Below, piece by piece: positions 46,090 through 55,699 of a stretch of 64,000 nucleotides of DNA. The notes beneath the pieces are model-generated. The model made no database searches. It had not been told where the DNA came from and saw nothing but the letters and a program-made list of their open reading frames with translations. Every line of letters begins with the position of its first letter. The stretch's first letter is position 1. The DNA is from Candidatus Freyarchaeum deiterrae (GTDB taxonomy: Archaea; Asgardarchaeota; Jordiarchaeia; Jordiarchaeales; Jordiarchaeaceae): contig CP147778.1 of assembly GCA_037305845.1 (NCBI GenBank), forward strand, positions 2,688,001 through 2,752,000. Direction: 5' to 3'. The position numbers and the translations under genes were made by a program.

Positions 46090-46415
46090 TCCACATAACA
46101 AGTGTAATTAATAAACTAATTAAGTCAATTTTTTATTTAAAAAACAGGGAAATTAAAAGTAGGGTAAAAAATATGGGTTGACCCTCATTGATACTAAAGG
46201 AGCGATTAGTACTGATTCGCTTGAAAAGCATTACCTTTTTTTACTAATTTTAACCATATCAAAAAATGAGTCGACTAAATAAAAAATTGTGGAAATCTTT
46301 GGACGGCTAATTTTAGACAGAAAACAGTTACTCCTTTTTGCGAATTTTTCATGAGAATAAAATGGGGGTTTTAGACTTGAATTTTCTGAAAAGTGTCGTT
46401 ATTTTTCTCGAATAT

Positions 46416-46640
46416 TTAGATTATGTAACATTTGACTAGGCAATTCTTTTCATTGAATACTTTGACATCGTAATCCCACTCGTAACCAGAAAGTAGTTTA
46501 AGATAGAAGCTTACAGTCATAGCGGCGGCGCACTTCACTTTGACTTTATTTGACTGCTTAAACAGGCCTTCGTCATAGGCTTTTTGGCACCCGTCCATGT
46601 AATGGCATTTTGGCCAAAGGCATTCTACATACTCGGTATA
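46416..46640 (-). pseudogene. C-terminal fragment of a Cys-rich V4R-like protein
   Basis: Open frame YVECLWPKCHYMDGC...VKC...WDYDV...NCLVKCY with no proper 5' part. Confidence 0.45.
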
Positions 46641-46675
46641 AGACTTTTTTATTTTTTTAAAAACAGTAATAAATA

Positions 46676-47008
46676 TTGTCCGTATATATGTTTTTTATTG
46701 GAGGTGAAATAGAGGCGTACCGCATTATTGTAACTGTGAAAGAAGTTAAAGGTCATTGTCCAGTCCACAAGGTGGGAGACCGCTTCGTAGTGGATGAGGG
46801 TCAAATCCTCTCTCTTGACACCGCAAAAAGCCTCTGCGTCCTTGCACTAGCCAGCTTGATTCCGCTCTTTCCCGCCCTATCTAAGGATTTGCCTCTGGAT
46901 GACTGGATGAGTGCAGAAACTCAGTACCTACAGTGTAACGATCCAGGTCCCAAGTATGGCGGCGGTGGCACGGTTATATTCGAAATCAAGAGGGAAAAGG
47001 TTGCTTGA
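46676..47008 (+). CDS. TIGR04076-family Cys-rich protein
   Basis: VKEVKGHCPVHKVGDRFVV...LCVLALASLIP...QCNDPG...GGTVIFEIKRE; true start is probably near the GGAGGTG RBS at ~46700. Confidence 0.8.
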   Translation: MSVYMFFIGGEIEAYRIIVTVKEVKGHCPVHKVGDRFVVDEGQILSLDTAKSLCVLALASLIPLFPALSKDLPLDDWMSAETQYLQCNDPGPKYGGGGTVIFEIKREKVA

Positions 47009-47589
47009 ATTATAAATAATCCTTTTCTTTTTTGCATTATTTACTGCCTAAAAAACCGTAATAAACGGTATCAGGTAACATTTTTATTGGAGGTTAACTT
47101 GAGTCGAAATTAAACATATTTCTAAATTGATATGGGCTGTGTTTAAGCTGTAGTATTTTCAATACTATACCATCAAAAGTCTTTTCGACAGCTTTACCTG
47201 AACTAGCACAAAAATGAAGAAACTCTTTTGCCTCCGCCAGAATCTCTGGTTATCTAATACAGGCAAAGGGATGAAAAAGTTCTTGATAAGACAAGAATTT
47301 TTAATCTTTTTAAACAAGATAAATTAGGTATAAATACTAATATGTAAACAAGACAGAACATTATTGGAGTTAAAGACGTTAGTATCCGGACTTTTCTTCT
47401 GTTTCATTCTTTAAAAGTCGATAACTCCTTTCTACACGAGGGATGTGGAAGTATGTTATGCCCTTGAGATGTAGGTTAGGTATATAAAAATGTAAATGGT
47501 ATAAATAAATATGCAAGTGGGGTTTTTAACGATATATAAAAGAATAAATTGAATAATATCAATTAAAAAATTGAGAGGTGCAAATCATA

Positions 47590-48057
47590 ATGACAAAGAT
47601 AAACCCCTTTTATTCTGCAATGACTTATGGCACGATGTTGACCTCTTTGGACAAGATGGGAATAAATCCCATGCTAGTTATACGCCAGACGGCCAGACTG
47701 CTAAAGCCACAATTGGGAGATATCGCCAGACAAGCTATAGGTCAAACCGCATCATCAAAAATAGAGGAGCTTGTAGGACAAATTGAACAGTTTGGAAATA
47801 TGAGCGGAGTTGCTGAGCCAGGGAGCGTTAAAGTAAGTTTCTCTGACAATGTTCTTAACATAAAATTATCGGGTTGTATGTACCTAGCTATGGCTAATTT
47901 TGGGAAGAGCAAAGGATATCATGCTTGTCCCTTGTGCGCTCAGGGTCTCATCATGATGACCGTCCTTGACGCCCTTGATTTGGGTGAAGTTAAAGCTATT
48001 ACAGCGGAAAATGATGGAAATGATTGTGTCTACAAAATACAAATAATGCAAAAGTAA
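47590..48057 (+). CDS. V4R-like small Cys-rich protein (paralog 3)
   Basis: LDKMGINPML; GCMY...GYHACPLC...DC. Confidence 0.7.
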   Translation: MTKINPFYSAMTYGTMLTSLDKMGINPMLVIRQTARLLKPQLGDIARQAIGQTASSKIEELVGQIEQFGNMSGVAEPGSVKVSFSDNVLNIKLSGCMYLAMANFGKSKGYHACPLCAQGLIMMTVLDALDLGEVKAITAENDGNDCVYKIQIMQK

Positions 48058-48087
48058 TATGTTAAAAAAATTTGGAGGAAAGTTGAG

Positions 48088-48537
48088 GTGACAGGAGAAA
48101 TAATTCCTTTCTATGACGCCCTAATTTTCGGCACGCTGCTGGCCTCCTTGGACAAAATGGGGCTCAGCCCAAAGTTGGTCGAACGTGAGACAGCCAGAAT
48201 GCTTGATTCAGAACAGAGAGAAATATTCAAGCAAATTATGGGTAAGGAGGAAGCCCCGACCAGAGACGGATTTCTAGCTTACGCAAAAAAGCTGTCTGAA
48301 AATGTGGGAAAAGATATAGAGGTTGCTTTCTCTGAAAATGGCTTCTATGTAAAAATAAATGAGTGTATGTGGCTTGAAACTGCTAAGTTTACAAGACCCT
48401 TTGGGTATGATTCTTGTCCCTTTTGCGCCTTGTGCGCTATTTTGATGGGAACCATAAAGGCACTGGGTTTCAATAACAAAGACTTCAAAGTGAAAACGAA
48501 TGATAAAACTTGCACTATGGAAATAAAAGTTGATTAA
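48088..48537 (+). CDS. V4R-like small Cys-rich protein (paralog 4)
   Basis: LDKMGLSPKL; ECMW...GYDSCPFC...TC. Confidence 0.7.
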   Translation: MTGEIIPFYDALIFGTLLASLDKMGLSPKLVERETARMLDSEQREIFKQIMGKEEAPTRDGFLAYAKKLSENVGKDIEVAFSENGFYVKINECMWLETAKFTRPFGYDSCPFCALCAILMGTIKALGFNNKDFKVKTNDKTCTMEIKVD

Positions 48538-48906
48538 AAGCCCATACCGTTATAAAATTTAATTCTCTTTCTTTTTTTTGGACTTAATGTAATATGCATA
48601 TGTTATGATCGGCTATGACAAGGTTTCGGCTTATTGTTTTTTTGGGTTAATATGAGAATTTCAAGCTGAGAATGGGAATCCTAAGCACAAAGAGCATACC
48701 TTTCAATCCATAGCTCCTATAATATATAATTATTAAATTTTGATTTTCGCATAATATAAAGCTTTATATACAAAAAATAACTTATTAATTTGTTATAAAA
48801 ACGATAACTAAGAATATCATAATAAAGAAAAAGAAATTATCCTCTATTAATTAGATTTTCAAATATAAAGGATAATTCACATGATTAACATGAAAGAGGG
48901 ATTTGA

Positions 48907-49800
48907 ATGAGCTCAAGAAAAAAGGAAGACATGAAATCATCAAAAGAAACGACTAAAAAAACAGTAATCGATAGAGTTATTAAAAAGGAAGCTGATAAGG
49001 GAAGACTACCTGGTAAAATCGCCTTAGTGACAGGGGGTGGCTCGGGCATTGGACGAGCGATTGCTTTACGCTTCGCTGAAGAGGGAGCAAAAGTTTGCTT
49101 GACATACAATAATAATCGTGAAGGAGCAGAGCAGGTGACAAGAGAAATTGAAGGCCTGGGTGGAACCGCCCTAGCAGTGCAATTGGATGTGAAAGATGTG
49201 GGGGGGATCAACAAGGTGTTTGAGGAAACTTCAAAAAACCTTGGAAATATTGAAATTCTTGTGAACAATGCTGGCACGTATTCCCTTACTTTGGTCAGAG
49301 ACATGACACCAGAACAGCTACAAGACATGTTCAGAGTTCACGTTGAAGGCACTATTTACTGTTCCAAAGCCGCCGTTAAATCAATGAAGGAGGGTGGCCG
49401 AATAATAAATATGTCTTCTATAACCGCATTATCAGGCGATATAGCAATGTCTCATTATAGCGCAGCTAAGTCAGCGATAATGGCATTCACAAAATCACTC
49501 GCATTAGAAGTGGCACGTAAAGGAATTACCGTAAACGCAATCGCACCCGGAGTCATAGCGACACCCATGTCAAAGATGATGAATGACGTCGCACCAGATT
49601 TCACTAAAAACATACCCATTCCCAGGTTAGGCACACCAGAAGAAGTAGCCAGTCTCGCGGTCTTCCTTGCATCATCAGAGGCAAGCTACATCACAGGAGG
49701 AGTATTTGTCGTAGACGGAGGTCTCTCACTATACACTCCAATGAATCAGACATTATACAAATTATTTTTGGAAGCGGAGCTTAGCCAACAAACAAAATAA
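48907..49800 (+). CDS. SDR-family oxidoreductase (FabG-like)
   Basis: TGGGSGIG, NNAG, YSAAK, VDGG. Confidence 0.92.
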   Translation: MSSRKKEDMKSSKETTKKTVIDRVIKKEADKGRLPGKIALVTGGGSGIGRAIALRFAEEGAKVCLTYNNNREGAEQVTREIEGLGGTALAVQLDVKDVGGINKVFEETSKNLGNIEILVNNAGTYSLTLVRDMTPEQLQDMFRVHVEGTIYCSKAAVKSMKEGGRIINMSSITALSGDIAMSHYSAAKSAIMAFTKSLALEVARKGITVNAIAPGVIATPMSKMMNDVAPDFTKNIPIPRLGTPEEVASLAVFLASSEASYITGGVFVVDGGLSLYTPMNQTLYKLFLEAELSQQTK

Positions 49801-50120
49801 CTTTCTACTGCCACCATTTAGAAAAATATTGATGAAAAAGTGCCTTGAACTTTTGTTTTAATCTTTCAAATTTTCTCTCTACTTTTCTTTTGGCGACTTT
49901 TTTTGGATTGTCGAAATATTCCCAAATTTTATAGACATATTTCTTAATCAAAAACAAAAATCTACTAGAAATAAGAAGAGCCAAGTCCTTTTGATAATAA
50001 AAAAGAAGACAATAAAAGAGAGGGGTGAAGAATATTGAAACACTATAACAAAAGATTTCAATGAACTTTTTTTCAACATTGTTTGCCAAATATGCTCCGA
50101 TGATATTAATTGTTTGAATC

Positions 50121-51116
50121 TTACGTTCTTAAAATTTTTAGTGCATGTTGATTTATTGCGTTGGATAATGTAAGACCTCCATCCACGATGATTACCTGTC
50201 CCGTTATGTAGCTTGCCTCTGATGATGCTAAATAGGCTACAATTCCGGCCACGTCTTCCGGTTTGCCATATCTTTGAACAGGAATATCTTTGTAGAACTC
50301 TGGTGCAACAACATCTATCATTTTTGACAAAGGCGTATATATGATTCCAGGAGCAATTGCATTTACGGTAATTCCCCTGTGTGCCACCTCTAGTGCCAAA
50401 GTTTTCGTAAGTCCTATTATTGCCGACTTCGCTGCAGCGTAGTGAGCTCCTAGGACATCTCCTGAAAGGGCGGTCATTGAAGATATATTAATTATTCTGT
50501 CGCCCTCCTGCATGGATTTAATAACTGCTCTTGAGAAATTGAACGCGCCTTCAACGTGAACTCTGAACATGTTACGCCACTGCTCCAATGTCATATCTGA
50601 AACAGGACTCAGAGTAGAATTTCCCGCATTGTTCACAAGAATACTAACCCTTCCAAGATTCTCCTCAGTTTCCCTAAACGCCTCAAACACTTGATTCTCG
50701 TCTCCCACGTCGCACTCAACCGCTAAAGCCTCACCACCTAGATCTTCAATTTCCTTTATCACATTCTTAGCATTTTTAATATTAAGGTCAACCACAGAAA
50801 CTTTAGCACCCTCCATCGCGAAGCGATAAGCAATACCTCGACCAATACCTGAAGCCGCCCCGGTCACTAAAGCAATCTTACCCAACAATCTTCCCTTAAC
50901 ACCCACGACCTTCACAGATTCCTCTACTCTCTGGATATTTTCGGGAAGCTTTTCTTGCAGCTTTTTAGCCTTAAACTTTGCGTGTTCCGATACTATCTGA
51001 GCAAAAATGGTACCGTATATCTTCTCAGTTTCTTCGACTGTGCTTTTTGCAAAAGGTGCTAGAACCTGTCCATCTTTTTCGCTATCTACAATAATTTCAT
51101 TCTTATCATTAGACAT
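50121..51116 (-). CDS. SDR-family oxidoreductase with an unrelated ~65 aa N-terminal extension
   Basis: TGAASGIG, NNAG, YAAAK, VDGG. Confidence 0.9.
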   Translation of the reverse strand: MSNDKNEIIVDSEKDGQVLAPFAKSTVEETEKIYGTIFAQIVSEHAKFKAKKLQEKLPENIQRVEESVKVVGVKGRLLGKIALVTGAASGIGRGIAYRFAMEGAKVSVVDLNIKNAKNVIKEIEDLGGEALAVECDVGDENQVFEAFRETEENLGRVSILVNNAGNSTLSPVSDMTLEQWRNMFRVHVEGAFNFSRAVIKSMQEGDRIINISSMTALSGDVLGAHYAAAKSAIIGLTKTLALEVAHRGITVNAIAPGIIYTPLSKMIDVVAPEFYKDIPVQRYGKPEDVAGIVAYLASSEASYITGQVIIVDGGLTLSNAINQHALKILRT

Positions 51117-51362
51117 AGGAATCCCGCCTCTTACCTTCTAAAAAACATATATATACACCAATAATTCTCGCCGTAAGAGAAATGCTAGAATTTAAAACAT
51201 TAAATATTTAAAAAGATGTCAAACTTTTTGAAGCACATTTACGCAACTTGAACCCACAATGAGGACGCACAAGGGGGGTATATAAATGATTAAACGTTCT
51301 GTTAAAAGGGATTTCTCAGATACTAAGCAAAAAGGAAGAGACGAGTAATCTCATGTCCAGCA

Positions 51363-51431
51363 CCTGAAGCCGCCCGGTCACTAACGCAATCTTACCCAAC
51401 AATCTTCCCTTCACGCCCACAACCTTTACAG
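51363..51431 (-). repeat. ~70-bp near-duplicate of SDR segment 50848-50917
   Basis: cctgaagccgccc(c)ggtcactaa.gcaatcttacccaacaatcttccctt... occurs at both places. Confidence 0.85.
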
Positions 51432-51573
51432 TTCCAAGAACTATTTCGGACTACCGCTTAGAATCATATAAACCACATTGTATAATGAGATGTTACATGG
51501 TCTAATCATTCCTTTGGACGAGAGACTTTGTATCTCCTCTCTAAATTACGAAGTTGGTGTAGCATTTTATTCT

Positions 51574-52611
51574 TCAGGTAACGGTTTTGAGCGTCTCTGT
51601 GAGTAGTTTTATGGTGTTTTCTATGTCCTTTAGATCCACTATCTCTACTGGTGAGTGAGTGTATCTTAAGGGTACGCATAGGGGACAGGTGGCAATTCCT
51701 TCGCGGGAGAGTTGTACTGCGGCGCCGTTTGTGGAACCCATAGCCACCGCTACCTGATAGGGTATGTTCAGTTTTTCAGCCGTTTCTATTAGCATTTCTC
51801 TCGGCTGACTATCAGAAACGAATTTTACATCCACGGCTCGAATCACGGGTCCCTTTCCTATCTCTATCGTTGTAGTGTATGGTCTTACACCCGGGAAATC
51901 TGCTGCACCGGTAGTGTCCACTGGGAACGCTATTTCGGGTTTAAGACTGTAAGCGGAGACGGTGGCTCCTCGGAGTCCTCTCTCCTCCTCTACACTGAAG
52001 GAGTATAGTATATCTGCTTCCAGTTCTTGGTCATTTAGGTTCTTTAGGCATTCCATTGCCACGAGGCAACCTATCCTATCGTCAAAAGCTTTACCGCAGA
52101 TGCGTGTGCCTAGTAACTCGTCTAGACCGCGTTGGAGGGTTATTGGGTCAATTACTCTGACTCCGGCCTCAACCGCCTCCTCCTTGTTGGTGGCTCCAAT
52201 GTCTATGAATAAGTTCTCAGCCGGAATTACACTGTCCCGCTCCTTACCAGTGGTAAAGTGCGGTGGTACGGCACCTATGCTGCCATTGATGTCTCCCTTT
52301 TTGGTGTGGATCACTACTCTCTGCGCTGGGAGAACCCTGTCGTCCAGCCCTCCCATAACTTCAAACCTTATGAAGCCCTTGTCGTCGATGGCTTTAACGA
52401 TGAGCCCCACCTCGTCCATGTGGGCGTCGATAAGAACTCTGGCCGCTCCCTTCCCTGAAACTTTGGCTAAAACGTTCCCCAATCGGTCGATCTTAACCTC
52501 ATCAACGTAGCCTTCAATTTTGGAAACTATAAATTGAGATATCTCAGATTCGAAACCTGAAACTCCGGGGGTTGATATTAATTCTTTAATTAGCGGAATT
52601 AGTTCACTCAT
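51574..52611 (-). CDS. M42-family (TET) metallo-aminopeptidase
   Basis: PGVSGFE, DAHMDEVG, KAFDDRIG, VEEERGLRGA, RYTHSPVE. Confidence 0.93.
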   Translation of the reverse strand: MSELIPLIKELISTPGVSGFESEISQFIVSKIEGYVDEVKIDRLGNVLAKVSGKGAARVLIDAHMDEVGLIVKAIDDKGFIRFEVMGGLDDRVLPAQRVVIHTKKGDINGSIGAVPPHFTTGKERDSVIPAENLFIDIGATNKEEAVEAGVRVIDPITLQRGLDELLGTRICGKAFDDRIGCLVAMECLKNLNDQELEADILYSFSVEEERGLRGATVSAYSLKPEIAFPVDTTGAADFPGVRPYTTTIEIGKGPVIRAVDVKFVSDSQPREMLIETAEKLNIPYQVAVAMGSTNGAAVQLSREGIATCPLCVPLRYTHSPVEIVDLKDIENTIKLLTETLKTVT

Positions 52612-52813
52612 ATATTATTCCTCTCTCAGAGTGCCTTCCTTCCATAATCATAGTGTGGACATTTATAAGTTGTTTTCCACAATGCTCATGATTAAGCCAT
52701 TATAGCTTCTTGTAATGAGTTTGCTGTTTATAAGCAAATTAACTACCTGATTTGAGTATGCCTAAAGAAAAAGAGTTTTATCGGCATTGTGCTAAATAGT
52801 TTTAGGGATTATT

Positions 52814-53584
52814 ATGTCAACTGGAAGGCGTTCTGGAGCCGGTGTGGCTTTGGGTCTTAGCATTGTGGGATTTGTATTCTTCTTATTCTTCTTCTGGCCA
52901 ATTGCATTTGCTATACTTTTTGTGGGATTAGCCATTTTTTGCGCCCTACAATCAGGTCAGAGAACGGAACGAGCGCAAATTCGCCAAGAAAGAAGGGCGA
53001 GAAGGCGTCAACCCACAATCCAGCCGCAAAGGCCCCAGAGGGAGCCTTCAGAGCCCAATAGATATGATACTTATAACTTAGGCGGGAGAGTGCCTTCGCG
53101 ACAATCTGGCGTAAGAATACCTGTGGAAGAATCAGAAACTGAAAGTGAAAGTGAAAGTGAAACTGAAACTGGTAGAATCTTCCGTATGCCGACAGAAGAG
53201 GAATCTGAAGCTTCGACATCAATCTCTGAGCGTCTTATACCAAGAGAAGAACCCCGAGTTAGTGGTACAGCCGAAGAGAACACGGAGTTAAAGGACTTGG
53301 AAGAAGAATTAGATGCGACCAGGGCCAAATACGAGAGTATGGGCACCACGGTTGAAGCAACGGAAAAAACAGAAACTCCACCAGAAAAACAAGTTACTGT
53401 ACCTGATGAGAAAGCTGAGCGCATAGAAGACTTGGATAGCGAAGAACAAGCAACCCGGGTTCTACTGGAAGAATTAAAAGACAGATGGATGAGTGGAAAA
53501 ATAGACATTGATATGTACGAGAGGCTCAAAGAGAAGTATGAAAAGAAAATCGAAGACATTGAAAAACAAATAAAGGAAACTTAA
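52814..53584 (+). CDS. Membrane-anchored hypothetical protein with a disordered linker and coiled-coil/SHOCT-like tail
   Basis: Two N-terminal TM helices; ES/ET repeat; C-terminal LLEELKDRWMSGKIDIDMYERLKEKY. Confidence 0.7.
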   Translation: MSTGRRSGAGVALGLSIVGFVFFLFFFWPIAFAILFVGLAIFCALQSGQRTERAQIRQERRARRRQPTIQPQRPQREPSEPNRYDTYNLGGRVPSRQSGVRIPVEESETESESESETETGRIFRMPTEEESEASTSISERLIPREEPRVSGTAEENTELKDLEEELDATRAKYESMGTTVEATEKTETPPEKQVTVPDEKAERIEDLDSEEQATRVLLEELKDRWMSGKIDIDMYERLKEKYEKKIEDIEKQIKET

Positions 53585-53777
53585 AAAGTAACAATCCAAC
53601 TTTAAAGCTCGAATCTCCATTTAACCTTGCACGCTAAAACATACAAACACTACTCGGCTGATCAGCTCTTATTCTTTTTTTGGGTTTACTCTTCACACTG
53701 TGTTGTGAAAAGGGTTAAATACGGATTTTAGTAGAGGGTAGACGATTATTAACCACGTAAAGAAGGACGCGAGAAAA

Positions 53778-55034
53778 ATGGGTAAATTGGCAAGAGGAAT
53801 TGTGGTTATTGGTGCGGGAATGTCCAAGTTTGGTACGTTCCCAGATAAAACTGGCAGGGAACTTATGGTAGATGCGTACCTAGATGCGAAGAAATCCGTG
53901 GACAACGGAATAGACAGCAAAGACATCGAAGCGATGTTTCTGGGAAACTTCACAAGTGATATCTTCGAGGGACAAGGCCACAACGGACCCCTGATGGCTG
54001 ACTGGGTGGGTTTAACCCCTAAACCTTCTACCAGAACTGAGGGTGCGTGTGCTAGCGGTGGTCTTGCGTTAAGAGAAGGTATAACAGCTATTGCATCTGG
54101 ATTATACGATGTCGTTTGTGTTTCTGGTATGGAGAAAATGAGCGACCTTCCTACAGCCAGAGTGACGGACGCCCTGGCGGCGGCTAGTGATATTTCATAC
54201 GAGTTTCCCGTGGGAGCAACCTTCCCCGGACTATACGCAACCATGGCTACAGCGCACATGAAAAAATATGGAACAACCACAAAACAACTCAGAGTAATCG
54301 GCGTCAAAAACCACAACAACGGAAAACTCAACCCCAAGGCTCAGTTCTCCGTCACCATAAAGGAGCTCATGGAAAAGAGAATCGCGAAGCAAAAAGAGAA
54401 GGGAGAAACTTGCCCTCTTTGGAAAGATGAGTTTGACTTTTTGGAAGACCCCCAAGCAAACCCGGTGGTAGCGTGGCCTCTAAGGCTCTACGATTGCTCA
54501 CCCATCACTGATGGTGCCGCTGTAATATTTCTGGCGGCTGAGGAAGTGGCGAAGAAATTCACAGACACTCCCCTGCATATTATTGGCACGGGTCAAGGGA
54601 GCGCCCAACCAGCACTGCACGACAGAGCCGACATCACAACCATAATAGCAGCCAAGGAAGCTTCAAGAACAGCATACAAAATGGCTGGTGTGAAACCAGA
54701 AGACATACAAATAGCTGAAGTGCACGACTGCTTTACAATAGCGGAAATAATAGCAACTGAAGACCTAGGATTCTTCAAACCCGGCGAAGGGGGAAAGGCC
54801 GCAGAAGAAGGAATAACGGCACGCGACGGAGAAAAACCAATAAACACATCAGGTGGACTCAAATCAAAGGGACACCCGGTCGGAGCAAGTGGAGTGGCTC
54901 AAGTTCTCGAGATCTGGAAACAGCTTCGCGGTGAAGCGGGGCCGAGACAAGTGCCTGATGTAGAGCTTGGACTTACCCACAATGTGGGTGGTACCGGCGG
55001 TACCTGTGCAGTTCACATTTACAGGAGGCAATAG
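53778..55034 (+). CDS. Thiolase (SCP2/archaeal type)
   Basis: EGACASG, EVHDCF, GHPVGASG. Confidence 0.93.
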   Translation: MGKLARGIVVIGAGMSKFGTFPDKTGRELMVDAYLDAKKSVDNGIDSKDIEAMFLGNFTSDIFEGQGHNGPLMADWVGLTPKPSTRTEGACASGGLALREGITAIASGLYDVVCVSGMEKMSDLPTARVTDALAAASDISYEFPVGATFPGLYATMATAHMKKYGTTTKQLRVIGVKNHNNGKLNPKAQFSVTIKELMEKRIAKQKEKGETCPLWKDEFDFLEDPQANPVVAWPLRLYDCSPITDGAAVIFLAAEEVAKKFTDTPLHIIGTGQGSAQPALHDRADITTIIAAKEASRTAYKMAGVKPEDIQIAEVHDCFTIAEIIATEDLGFFKPGEGGKAAEEGITARDGEKPINTSGGLKSKGHPVGASGVAQVLEIWKQLRGEAGPRQVPDVELGLTHNVGGTGGTCAVHIYRRQ

Positions 55035-55036
55035 AA

Positions 55037-55441
55037 ATGCTGACACCAGAAGCATCGGTCAAATCATTTTACGATTTCCTAAAACAGAAAAAAATTATGG
55101 GCACCAAGTGCGCGGATTGCGGTAAAATATCTCTGCCGCCAAGACCTTTATGTCCAAAATGCATGAATTCCAACCTTGAGTGGGTAGAGCTTGAGGGTAA
55201 AGGAAAACTAGCAGCATTCACTTCGATAGCAGTGGGCCCCACGCATATGATAAACGCAGGGTACACAAGGGATAATCCGTATGTATTTGGCATCGTTAAA
55301 CTTGATTCCGGTCCCAGCATAAGTGCACAAATCCTTAAAGTCGACCCCAAAAAACCGGAAAGCATCGTAATAGGTTCCAAGATGACTGTCGAATTCATTA
55401 CAAGGGGAGACAAAGTGCTTTTAGGATTCAAACCAGCTTAA
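55037..55441 (+). CDS. DUF35 Zn-ribbon/OB-fold thiolase partner
   Basis: CADCG...PPRPLCPKC; PYVFGIVKLDSG; immediately follows the thiolase gene. Confidence 0.92.
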   Translation: MLTPEASVKSFYDFLKQKKIMGTKCADCGKISLPPRPLCPKCMNSNLEWVELEGKGKLAAFTSIAVGPTHMINAGYTRDNPYVFGIVKLDSGPSISAQILKVDPKKPESIVIGSKMTVEFITRGDKVLLGFKPA

Positions 55442-55699
55442 TAAATCACACTTTTAAAACCCTTTTTCTTTAATTTTAATAAATTAAAAAGTCTATTTTT
55501 ACCAAACAGGGCTTAAATAATTGTAAAAAGCGTATCCTCAGTAAAATTTATAATAGAAACGCACTCCAAATCTTGTTTATACTCAAAAATTATTGCGGAT
55601 TAAACATATAATACAAAACATCAATTTTTCTAGAAAGTATCTCTGAACACTGTACAAGCCAACAATCATTAACGCTGGTTAGAGGTAGAGGTGTTATAA

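Noticed and set aside
47120-47470. Minus-strand peptide CASSGKAVEKTFDGIVLKIL, resembling a small-GTPase G5/helix 5 remnant
   Set aside because: No G1, G3 or G4 motifs could be recovered in the flanking frames; too weak to call.
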